From contig DSAF01000158.1 in assembly GCA_011388305.1 (NCBI GenBank), positions 2,212 to 66,211 on the forward strand: a DNA stretch of 64,000 bases, read 5' to 3'. Of the stretch, positions 27,235 to 36,400 are shown in pieces. How positions within the stretch are numbered: the stretch's first letter is position 1; every line of letters starts with the position of its first letter. Origin of the DNA: Candidatus Zixiibacteriota bacterium. Its GTDB lineage: Bacteria > UBP14 > UBA6098. Under the pieces are notes generated by a model. The model worked only from the letters and a program-made list of their open reading frames with translations. It did not search any database and was not told where the DNA came from. Position numbers and translations under genes: made by a program.

Positions 27235-29257
27235 TCCCTCCCAAAAAATCCGTGTGGCCGTCGCCGGCAACCCAAATTCCGGCAAAACATCGATTTTCAA
27301 CGCTCTCACGGGGATGCGCCAGCATGTAGGCAATTGGCCGGGCGTGACGGTCGAGAAAATCGTCGGCCATGCCGTCTATGACGACATCGATATCGAGTTC
27401 ATCGACCTTCCCGGCACATACTCGCTGTCGCCATACAGCCCCGACGAGCGCGTCGCGCGGGATTTCCTGCTCTTCGAGCGGCCTGATGCCGTCTGCGTTG
27501 TCGTTGATGGCACGAGCCTCGAGCGGAGCCTCTATCTCGTCGCGCAAATAGTCGAGCTGAACATCCCATTTGTGTTGGCGCTCAACATGATAGACATAGT
27601 CGAGGCGCGCGGAATGAAGATCGACACCGAGAAACTCTCAGCGCTCATCGGCGCGCCGGTCGTTCCCACCGTCGCACGCTCGCGCAGGGGAATTCGCGAG
27701 CTGGTCAGGGAAATCATTCACATCAAAGACAACGAATATTATCCCGTCCCTGTCGATTATGGCAAAGAAACCGAGCGAGCCATCCTCAATGTTGTTGAGA
27801 AAATCTCGCTGGCACCGCAACTCGCCAAGAAGTGCCACACCGGAAGGTTCATCTCGGCCATGCTCCTCGCCGGCGACCCCGAAATCGAGGGGCTTATATA
27901 CGGAGCATCCGAAAACAGCGAGCTTGAGGCCGAAATCGCCGAACTTCGCATGAAACTCGAGGCCCGCGAGCGCACCGACGGCGAGACTATCCTCGCAAAC
28001 GCCCGCCACGGCTGGGCCAGCGGCATCTTCCACGAGGTAGTCGAACACCCCACGCACGACGAGCCGACGGTCACCGACAAAATTGACGACGTGCTACTCC
28101 ATAAATTTCTCGGCCTGCCGATTTTCGGCGTGGCGATGTTCCTCGTGTTCATGGCGACATTCGGCCTCGGGCGTTTCCCCACAGTCTGGATAGAGGCGTT
28201 TTTCGGCTGGCTCGGCGGCTCTCTCGATGGCTTGTTTGCGTCGCTCGGCGCGCCGGAGATATTGAATTCGCTCGTCGTGAACGGCATCATCGAGGGCGTG
28301 GGCGGCGTGCTGGTCTTCCTCCCGAACATAGCGATATTATTCTTCTTTGTAGCGATTTTGGAGGATTCCGGATACATGGCGCGTGCCGCATTCCTCGTGG
28401 ATAACATAATGCACCGCATGGGCTTACATGGCAAGAGCTTCATCCCGATAATACTCGGCTTCGGGTGCACCGTGCCGGCGGTCATGGCAACGCGCACTCT
28501 CGAAAACCGCGAAGACCGCCTGCTGACAATACTCATCCTGCCGTTCGTGCTGTGTAGTGCGCGCATTCCTGTTTTCGTCCTGCTGTCGAGCATATTTTTC
28601 GCGCGATGTGCGGGTATCGTTATGTTCAGCATGTATTTATTGAGCATCCTCGTGGCGATTTTCACCGCGAAACTCCTCAAAACGGCGATTTTCCCCGGCC
28701 TCACGACACCCTTCGTCATGGAGCTTCCGCCCTATCACGTCCCCAGCCTGCGCGGGATTCTGCTCCACACGTGGGAGCGGTCATGGGCGTTCATCCGCAA
28801 AGCAGGCACGGTTATTCTCGTGGGGTCTGTGATTATCTGGGCGCTGGGGAGCATGCCTCCGGGCGCGGAATACGCAAGCGAGGGCACTTGGGCGGCATCG
28901 ATTGGCAAGTTCCTTGAGCCGCTGGTTAAACCCTTCGGCTCGAACTGGATTGGCGCGGTGGCATTGCTATTCGGGTTTGCGGCGAAGGAGATAGTCGTTT
29001 CCACGCTGACTGTGTTGGCTGGCGCAGGCGATATCGCCCTCGGTGGCGCAATGCGGGAGATTTTCACGCCGCTGTCGGCTTATGCTTTCATGGTCTTCAC
29101 GCTGATTTACACGCCATGCATCGCGACGGTCGCGGTTATCAAGAAAGAGACGCAGAGCTGGAAGTGGACGGCAGTCTCGGTAGCGTTGGGGCTTGCGCTG
29201 GCGTGGATTTTGGCGACCTTGGTTTACACTGTCGGCTCAGTGCTGGGGTTTAGCTGA
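27221..29257 (+). CDS. feoB: ferrous iron transporter FeoB
   Basis: N-terminal G-domain with GNPNSGKTS and DLPGTYS motifs, followed by the polytopic membrane domain. Length 678 aa. Confidence 0.9.
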   Translation: METSSPSQKIRVAVAGNPNSGKTSIFNALTGMRQHVGNWPGVTVEKIVGHAVYDDIDIEFIDLPGTYSLSPYSPDERVARDFLLFERPDAVCVVVDGTSLERSLYLVAQIVELNIPFVLALNMIDIVEARGMKIDTEKLSALIGAPVVPTVARSRRGIRELVREIIHIKDNEYYPVPVDYGKETERAILNVVEKISLAPQLAKKCHTGRFISAMLLAGDPEIEGLIYGASENSELEAEIAELRMKLEARERTDGETILANARHGWASGIFHEVVEHPTHDEPTVTDKIDDVLLHKFLGLPIFGVAMFLVFMATFGLGRFPTVWIEAFFGWLGGSLDGLFASLGAPEILNSLVVNGIIEGVGGVLVFLPNIAILFFFVAILEDSGYMARAAFLVDNIMHRMGLHGKSFIPIILGFGCTVPAVMATRTLENREDRLLTILILPFVLCSARIPVFVLLSSIFFARCAGIVMFSMYLLSILVAIFTAKLLKTAIFPGLTTPFVMELPPYHVPSLRGILLHTWERSWAFIRKAGTVILVGSVIIWALGSMPPGAEYASEGTWAASIGKFLEPLVKPFGSNWIGAVALLFGFAAKEIVVSTLTVLAGAGDIALGGAMREIFTPLSAYAFMVFTLIYTPCIATVAVIKKETQSWKWTAVSVALGLALAWILATLVYTVGSVLGFS

Positions 29258-29412
29258 TGGAATGGCTCGTTCCGATAATCGCACTGGCTGTGGGCTTGGC
29301 CGTGCTTATTGTGAGAGTCGTCCGCGATGCGAGAAGCAAGCGATGCAGAGACTGTCCGCTATCATCCGCCTGCCCCTTGGCCAAGAACGATGAGCGGGAC
29401 GCGGGCGACTGA
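29257..29412 (+). CDS. FeoB-associated Cys-rich small membrane protein (51 aa; below the ORF-track length cutoff)
   Basis: Its ATG overlaps the feoB TGA (TGATG). It encodes MEWLVPIIALAVGLAVLIVRVVRDARSKRCRDCPLSSACPLAKNDERDAGD: one TM helix then a CxxC...CP tail, as in the small proteins found downstream of feoB in many genomes. Confidence 0.55.
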   Translation: MEWLVPIIALAVGLAVLIVRVVRDARSKRCRDCPLSSACPLAKNDERDAGD

Positions 29413-29434
29413 TAATGCGCTTTGCCCATCCCCC

Positions 29435-29462
29435 TTGACTTTTCGCGATTGAAAAGCGATAA
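29435..29462 (+). promoter_or_regulatory. sigma70-like promoter (TTGACT-16 nt-GATAAT) for the 29471 gene
   Basis: -35 TTGACT at 29435-29440 and -10 GATAAT at 29457-29462. The GTG start lies 8 nt downstream, so the transcript would be near-leaderless. Confidence 0.45.
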
Positions 29463-29470
29463 TTACAGCC

Positions 29471-29965
29471 GTGAAAAGATTTCTTCTCATACTGATTCTA
29501 TGTGCCTGCGCGTTCGGCGATGGGCGGGACACGCTCTGGCGGCCTAATCCGAGCGTTTCGGCGGGATTGTCATTAGCAATTCCCGGCGCGGGGCAAATAT
29601 ATAACCGAAGCTACTGGAAAGCCCCGATAGCCATGGCTTTGGAGGGATACTCGGTCTATGTCACCATCGCCTCGTGGCGCGAGATGAACGAGTTGGAGGA
29701 GCTGGGAAGAAGCCTCTCGGCGGGGTCGGCGGAGTTCGAGCAAGCCCGCGCCGATTGGGAGTCTGCGCGCGAGCGCCGGAACATCCATATATGGCTTTTA
29801 GCAGGCTTCGCGCTAATCTCGGCAATCGATGCATACGTCGATGCGCACCTTTACACATGGACGCGCGAAATGAGCCGCCCAATTGCGGGCACAAACGTTG
29901 CTCTATCGCCGTTGATTGACGAGCGCGGCGGCGTGGGAATCTCTCTCTCCCTCAAATTTCCGTAA
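29471..29965 (+). CDS. hypothetical membrane/lipoprotein-like protein
   Basis: GTG start, signal peptide with an early Cys, the motif AGLSLAIPGAGQIYNRSYWKAP and a second TM segment. Possibly a DUF5683-like family; not certain. Confidence 0.55.
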   Translation: MKRFLLILILCACAFGDGRDTLWRPNPSVSAGLSLAIPGAGQIYNRSYWKAPIAMALEGYSVYVTIASWREMNELEELGRSLSAGSAEFEQARADWESARERRNIHIWLLAGFALISAIDAYVDAHLYTWTREMSRPIAGTNVALSPLIDERGGVGISLSLKFP

Positions 29966-30052
29966 GAACTTCCAAACACGAGCCTTAACTCTGTAATTTC
30001 GAGTTTCTGTCATTTCGAGCGAAGCGAGAAATCTCGCAAGCTGGAAGGAGAA

Positions 30053-30580
30053 CTATCTCCTCCGAAGTAGCTTGAGGAGGTATTCTCTCTGTTCGGCGAA
30101 GAATTTTTTCGCGGAAGAATTTGCGTAATCACGGTATGTCCAAGGCGTGTTGACCCATTCCTCGTGGCGGAATATCAGCTCGGTTTCGGCGTATATGCCA
30201 TCGCGGAGCGGGATTCGCTGGGGATGGCCTTTGCAACTTGCCAGCACGACTCTCGGCAGGCCTATGAAGCCGGGGTCGATGTTGACCGTCCGGCCTTCGG
30301 GCGATGCGAGTTCGTGCTCAATCGCGTTCGACGCGATTTTCCAGTCGGCGAGTCCGGATGGGTCGGCGAGCTGTTCCGATGCAATCCAAATTCGCGTAAT
30401 ATTGCCAATCATTTCCTTATTATAATAATCGGTATGATCGAAGGGAAATGGTTCGGATGCGCGGACGAGCGCGGGGATGACTATCTCCATGCGCCTTAAT
30501 GCTTTACGCAATAAGATTTCGTCAGTGAAGAGAATCCCCACGAACGGCAGAACCGGCTGGAACGGCGACTGCTCGGCCAC
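30053..30580 (-). CDS. hypothetical protein (possibly DUF4416-like)
   Basis: 175-aa ORF with a GTG start that overlaps the TAG of the upstream QueG-like gene (TAGTG). Confidence 0.5.
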   Translation of the reverse strand: MAEQSPFQPVLPFVGILFTDEILLRKALRRMEIVIPALVRASEPFPFDHTDYYNKEMIGNITRIWIASEQLADPSGLADWKIASNAIEHELASPEGRTVNIDPGFIGLPRVVLASCKGHPQRIPLRDGIYAETELIFRHEEWVNTPWTYRDYANSSAKKFFAEQREYLLKLLRRR

Positions 30581-31254
30581 TATCGGCCCCCTTCACACGC
30601 CTTGATGCACACGCCGCAGATGAACTGCCCGATTCCGCGCATTTTCGAGAACTCTTTCAGCAGTTCGAAGCATTTCCCGACATCGCAACCTTGCTGGGAA
30701 ATTGCGCCGGCGGGGCACGCGGAGATGCAAGCGGTGCAGTCGCCGCAGAGGTTCTCCATCGGTTCGCAAGGGGGCAACGGGATGTTGGTGAGCACGGTCG
30801 CGAATCTCATCTGCGCGCCGAATTGCGGCGTGACGACGAGGCCATGCCGCCCACGCCAACCGATGCCCGCGGTAATCGCCGCCGTGCGATGGCATAAATG
30901 GCCGCGCTGGTTCTCCCAATCCACGATGACGCTCGCCGGAATGGGCATGGCTTTCGCACTGCGAAGCTCGAGAAACAGGGCAAGCTCAGTTGCGGCGCGG
31001 TCGAGCCGCCAGTTGACCTGTTGGTAGTGATGCTTGTATAGCAAATTCGGACGGTCGTCAATGGTGTCGAGAACCGCATTGGACAGCGGATGCCCAAGGA
31101 CAATTGCGAACTCAAGCTCGCGCACAGCGGGCAATATTCTCTCGTCGATTGTCTCCGCTAAATCTTCAGTTCGGCAGAAGCCGACTGCCGGAAGCCTTAG
31201 CTCATCTCCCACGAAACGGCGGACTTCGGCTGAGTTTTCGGCGGGGTCGTTCAT
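30580..31254 (-). CDS. QueG-like 4Fe-4S protein (epoxyqueuosine reductase family, short form)
   Basis: Similarity to the QueG catalytic region (AGIGWRGRHGLVVTPQFGAQMRFATVLTNIPL). Two Cys clusters: CGDCTACISACP and CGVCIKAC. Confidence 0.55.
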   Translation of the reverse strand: MNDPAENSAEVRRFVGDELRLPAVGFCRTEDLAETIDERILPAVRELEFAIVLGHPLSNAVLDTIDDRPNLLYKHHYQQVNWRLDRAATELALFLELRSAKAMPIPASVIVDWENQRGHLCHRTAAITAGIGWRGRHGLVVTPQFGAQMRFATVLTNIPLPPCEPMENLCGDCTACISACPAGAISQQGCDVGKCFELLKEFSKMRGIGQFICGVCIKACEGGR

Positions 31255-33089
31255 CGGAGCAAAACTATGGGTTTGGCGGATTCGCTGAATTTTGTGCGCG
31301 CAAGATACACGCCCGACGGCAGAGGCCTTCCGCCGCTATCCTCCGCGTTCCAGAGGACGGGTGCGCCGCCGTTTGCGGGCAATTCCGCGACGAGCCTGCC
31401 GCTCATGTCATAAACTTCCACCGGCTCATCGGTCGCGATTCGGCAAGTTGCGTTAAACGGATTGGGATAGACGGAAAGCTCCATCTGGCGGGGCTTTTCG
31501 GCCTCAACTATGCTCGATGTCGTGTCGATGGGCGCAATAATCGAGCGTTCGCTTTCGGTGAAGCGAGTCGTGCTGGTGACGAAATAGTATGAGAAAAGAC
31601 TGTCGTAATCTACTATAGTCATTGTGTCAATAAAACTCCCCAAGAACACGGCGCCCGATGAATTCACCGAGTCGGATGTCGCATAGAGACGATATTCGAG
31701 CAAATCCCAGACATCCCGCGCGCCCCACGAGACGCGGACAAGCTCGCCCTCGCGCTGTGCCTCGACGGCCGATGGCGCTTTGGGATGAAGCCAGCCCGTG
31801 CGAAGCGGGTCGTGCCGCGCCATGACCCAAGGCCTCGAATAGCGCGTGCCCGTGCCGGGGTAGTCGAATAGGTGGACTTTGCCGTCCGAGCCTATCGCGC
31901 AGATTTCGAGAGTGTTGTCGCCGTTCATGTCGGCGATTGCCGGTGTGGCAAGTTTCCAAGGCGCGCCCGCTTGCCAAGGGAATGAGTCAATCGCCGAGCC
32001 AATCGCATTGAATGCCGCCACGGTGCCCAGCGAGTCGTTTCCTAAGAATAGGATGTCCGGCCTGCCGTCGCCGTCGAAGTCGCAGACAAGCGGGCTGGAC
32101 TCGAGCGCGCCGATTCCCAGCGCCATGCTCCATGGGCTTGGCGCGGTGGCATTCGCATTGATGACGTAGCCCCTGCCGTTCCGACTGGTCGCGATAACCT
32201 CCGGAAGGCCGTCGCCGTCGATATCGCCCACCGCGGAGGAACCATAGACCCAGCTTCCGTAGCCGCCAGCGGCAATCGGCCAGCTGGAGAGCTTCTCGGC
32301 ATATGCGTTCCACGCGGAGATATACCCGCGATTCGTGCCCACGAAAGCGTGATAGCCGCAGATTATTTCGAGCGTGTCGTTGCCGGTGATGTCCGCCAAA
32401 ATGGGCGCGCTATAGCTGAAACCGGCCGTGTCGCCGAGGCTTATCGGGAAGCCGGAGAGGACTTCGCCAGTGTAATCGAATGCGTAAAGCTTGTTATATC
32501 CAATCGCGACGATTTCGGCTCTGCCATCGCCGGTGATGTCGCCTATCGCGGGCGCACCTGCCGGCCCGAACTCCGATTCTACCGTCACAGGGAAGCCGGG
32601 GATGTCGTGTCCGTCGGCGTCGAGAAGATGCAGAGACTCGCCTACGTGGGCAACAATCTCCGCCCTGCCGTCGCCGGTGAAATCCCATAATGCGACTCCG
32701 GCCGGCCCGGGCGAATAGCCGAGCGCGACGGGATATGCAGAAATCTCCGCGCCGTTGGCCTCGAGCACGTGGACGACGCCCTCGTCTGTTATTGTGACAA
32801 GCTGAAACCATGTTCCCGTCACCGGCCCGAGCGCAACCGGCGTCGATACCGCTCCCGAGAGCACGACCGGATAGCCCGGAAAGCTCGTCCCATCGAGCGA
32901 GAAGACGCGAAGCGAGTCGTCCGGCCCGGCGATGACGACCTCGAGAACATCGTTGCAGTCGAGGTCAACCAGTAGCGGCGAGCTGAGAAAAGCGCCCTCC
33001 GGCACGGGAATTTCGACCGGCCAGCCGGGCAGTTGCCCTACGGCGAGGATGGCGGTTATCAACATCGTGGTGTAAAGAAAATATTTCAT
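31251..33089 (-). CDS. FG-GAP/VCBS-repeat protein with a T9SS C-terminal sorting domain
   Basis: Multiple DITGDGRAEIVA-type FG-GAP repeats. C-terminus LSVYPNPFNATCRIA...GVYLARTKF. Signal peptide present. Confidence 0.8.
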   Translation of the reverse strand: MKYFLYTTMLITAILAVGQLPGWPVEIPVPEGAFLSSPLLVDLDCNDVLEVVIAGPDDSLRVFSLDGTSFPGYPVVLSGAVSTPVALGPVTGTWFQLVTITDEGVVHVLEANGAEISAYPVALGYSPGPAGVALWDFTGDGRAEIVAHVGESLHLLDADGHDIPGFPVTVESEFGPAGAPAIGDITGDGRAEIVAIGYNKLYAFDYTGEVLSGFPISLGDTAGFSYSAPILADITGNDTLEIICGYHAFVGTNRGYISAWNAYAEKLSSWPIAAGGYGSWVYGSSAVGDIDGDGLPEVIATSRNGRGYVINANATAPSPWSMALGIGALESSPLVCDFDGDGRPDILFLGNDSLGTVAAFNAIGSAIDSFPWQAGAPWKLATPAIADMNGDNTLEICAIGSDGKVHLFDYPGTGTRYSRPWVMARHDPLRTGWLHPKAPSAVEAQREGELVRVSWGARDVWDLLEYRLYATSDSVNSSGAVFLGSFIDTMTIVDYDSLFSYYFVTSTTRFTESERSIIAPIDTTSSIVEAEKPRQMELSVYPNPFNATCRIATDEPVEVYDMSGRLVAELPANGGAPVLWNAEDSGGRPLPSGVYLARTKFSESAKPIVLLR

Positions 33090-33420
33090 CGCTTAGACCT
33101 CCATAAATTGCGTAAAAGATATGTCTCGAATGCGATAAAGCAATACTATTCTCTATCTTCTTGGCGAAAAAAGGATTATTTTTGACAAGAAAATTTTTTT
33201 AGTGATTTTTTTTCATAATTATATATATTATTTGGATAAGCTTGAGGGCTTATCCACATTAACCGGCAGTTAAGAACTGCCAAGCCCTTACGCTCAGAGG
33301 GGTTAAGGCCGACAGGCGGGGGCTTTTAAGGTGTTCCACATAATTAAGCGACAATAGCGGCTGTGCATTCGAGCACGCCGTTCAGCTTCATATTGCATTG
33401 GCAGGCCCGAAAGGAAATAT

Positions 33421-36400
33421 ATGCCTCAGCCAAAAAAAAGTCTTCGCTTTTCCCATATCGCACTCGCAATTCTCTCACTCTGCTCTATCGCAGTAGCCCA
33501 AACGGAAATCATCTTCGATGTCATTAGCGCCGGCGGAAACGAGCATTTCGGGGTCACATCATCGAGATACAAGCTGACATCGACAATCGGCCAGTCCACG
33601 CCGATTTCGGCGGAGCCGCTGACGGGAACATCGCACAGCATCTTCCCCGGCTATCGCAAAATTGACAGGGACTACTGGTATCCGTTCAGCTGGTTCACAA
33701 TCACCGTCCACTATGCCTCGGCGACATCGTTCGAGCTTACTTGGTCGGGGATGGACACCACATCACACGATGGCGAGGGCTGGGGAATCTGGAACTACGA
33801 CCTCCAGTATCGCACCGAGGGCGGCGCATGGACAGATTGGCACATGGCCACGGTCGAGACTTCGGCGACCTTCGGGCCGTCGGCGCCGGTTGTTGTCGAG
33901 GAGGGCGAGTCGTATTATTTCCGGCTCCGCGCGAGGGACAAGGTTCGCAATGTTGCGCCGTGGACGGAGGAGAGCGGCCACGACACGACGGTCATCACGG
34001 TGAACTACACAGTGGAGTTCTGCATTCACACGCCTGCTCCGGGGCTTTCGACGGATGCGTTCAACTTCGCGACAATCGAGTATTTCCCCGTCGCCGGCCT
34101 GCCCACGAGCGTCAACCTTTGGGAGGGCGAGTGCGTAGAGCTGTCCTGCGTTCCCGGCGAAAGGGCATCGATTTCGCGGACGACATCCGACTCCGACGGC
34201 GAGGAGCGCTGGGCGGTGTCCAACATCGATGACACTGCATTCGTCATCACCGGCTCGACCGATTACGACATACCATTTTGGCATCAAATTCGCCCGACTG
34301 TCCACCTTGTCGGGACGGACATAACGCACACCGTTTCGACACTTCAGCGCGAAGAATTCGGCTCGCCGCATCTTGAGTCCGGGCTATGGGAACTTTGGAC
34401 CGATTGGCTGGATTACGGCTCGACGCTCGAATTCTCCGAGTGGACTACCGGCTCTCCCGCGCGCAGAGCCGAAGCCGACGATTCTGTCCGCTTCCGCGAC
34501 ATTACTTCGTCATTCACCGATACGATTAACTACACCGCGGCCGGCAACATGGTGACAATCCAGACGAACTTCGGCGATTCGGTATATGTCGATGGCACGC
34601 GGTTCCCAAGCCCCCACCACACGAACTGGTTCATAGGCTCATCGCACGAAATAGCCGTCTGCAGGACGGTCCATATCTCTGACTGCGAGCGCTGGGTTTT
34701 CCAGCAATGGCACGATGGCTCGATAGACACGTCCCGCATGGTCACCATCGATTCCGATACGGTGTTCACCGCTATTTTCGAGCGGCAGTTGCGCGTGGAA
34801 ATCACGAACCCATCCGGCATTGGCTACCCCATCCCGGCGGTTGGCTCGTATTGGTTTGCTGAGGGCGATACGGTCGAGGGCCACATGGATGTCACGGGCG
34901 TTGTCGATTACATGCTCGTCGGTTGGCTCGGGACGGGGTCGGCGCTCTCCGGCGGAGGGGCGAGTTTTTGGTTCATCATTCACGACTGCTCGAGCATCGA
35001 GTGGCGATGGGTCCCCGCCAGCGACGATTTGTGCACGCTCCGCGTTTATAGCCGATACGGACATCCGCACCCCAGCGGCGTTTATGTCGTGCCGAGAGGG
35101 ACTTTGGTTTGGGCGAGCGTCGAGGACAGCACTTTCGAGGGCGGCGACTGGCATCATTGCACGGGCTGGCTCGGCGATGGCGATGTCGTGCCCGCAGAGG
35201 GCGACAGCAATATATTGAGTTTCACGATGACGGACAACGGCTGGCTCGTATGGCAGTGGGATGGCAATCTCGAACTGCCGTTAGTGGTCAGCAGTTCGCC
35301 ATCGATTCACGGCCCGCCGGTGCCGCCGGTGGGGACGCACTGGTATGAGATAGACTCGCCAATCTCCGCGTTCGTCGAGGAAAACCCCGACGAAGACTGG
35401 TTCTGCACCGGCTACATCGCATCGGGCGCACTGCCTACAACGAGTGCGGACAGCGTCCACTTCATCCTCTCCGCGCCCACGGAAATCGACTGGCAGTGGG
35501 TATATTACCCATCAGGGCCGCTGGATACCGTTTGGATTTTCAGCAGATTCGGCGACCCTCTTCCCACGCGCGGCATGCACAGATACCCGCGCGGCACGGT
35601 CGTCACCGCGGTGGTCACGCCGTTCGACGGCCCGAACTATTGCTCCGGCTGGTCGGGCACGGGCAGTGTTCCGGGGTTGGGCACGGGGACTTCGGTGAGC
35701 TTCACGCTGGATGCTTTCAGCACGCTCACATGGAATTGGAACGACGAGCTACTTGTGCCGCTTGTGGTGATAAACCCCGGCGGATACGGCAATCCCACGC
35801 CGAACGAGGGCGTCCATTGGTATGAGATGTTCACGGAGGTTAGCGCATCCGTGACAAGCCCCTATTCCGGCTGGTTCTGCGTCGGGTATAACGGCTTCGG
35901 GAGCGTGCCGGGGTTCGGATATCCGCCATATTGCCACTTCACCATTGCCGTGGCCTCGGGCATCGAGTGGCTCTGGGCAGACGAGGCTTATATCCTCCGC
36001 GTAACCGCGCCGGCTTACAGCGATCCTGTTCCGCCGGCGGGGATAACATATCACCCGCCCGGGCGTCATATCGTTGCGACCAATGTCGATACCCTATGGG
36101 AGCACGACGCTTTCCGCTACGTTTGCAAAGGCTGGACGGGCGACGGCACCGTCGTGCCGATTGCCGGCACGACGAGCATGGCAGATTTCACGATGACAGC
36201 TAATGCTACTCTTGAATGGCTCTATCAAACCCAGTTCTACCTCGAACTTGACTATTATGGCCTGCCGGAGGGCATCGAGCCGGATGTCCTCGACTTCGAG
36301 GGCTGGTTCGCCCGCAATGATACGGTCGTTCTCGTCACCGACTCGGTGGTTATGGACGGCGATGATCCCTATGTCTTCCTCCGCTGGGATGATTCGGGCA

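Noticed and set aside
29966-30052. Partial match (CCGAAGTAGCT) to the repeat's GAAGTAGTCGG motif between convergent genes
   Set aside because: Only 8 of 11 nt match, with no partner inverted repeat or palindrome. It is probably a coincidental match inside an ordinary convergent-terminator region containing a GCGAGA-AA-TCTCGC hairpin.
33426-33641. 71-aa minus-strand ORF at the start of the giant gene
   Set aside because: It lies fully inside, and antisense to, the signal-peptide/N-terminal coding region of the 1453-aa gene. There is no SD and no conservation signal.
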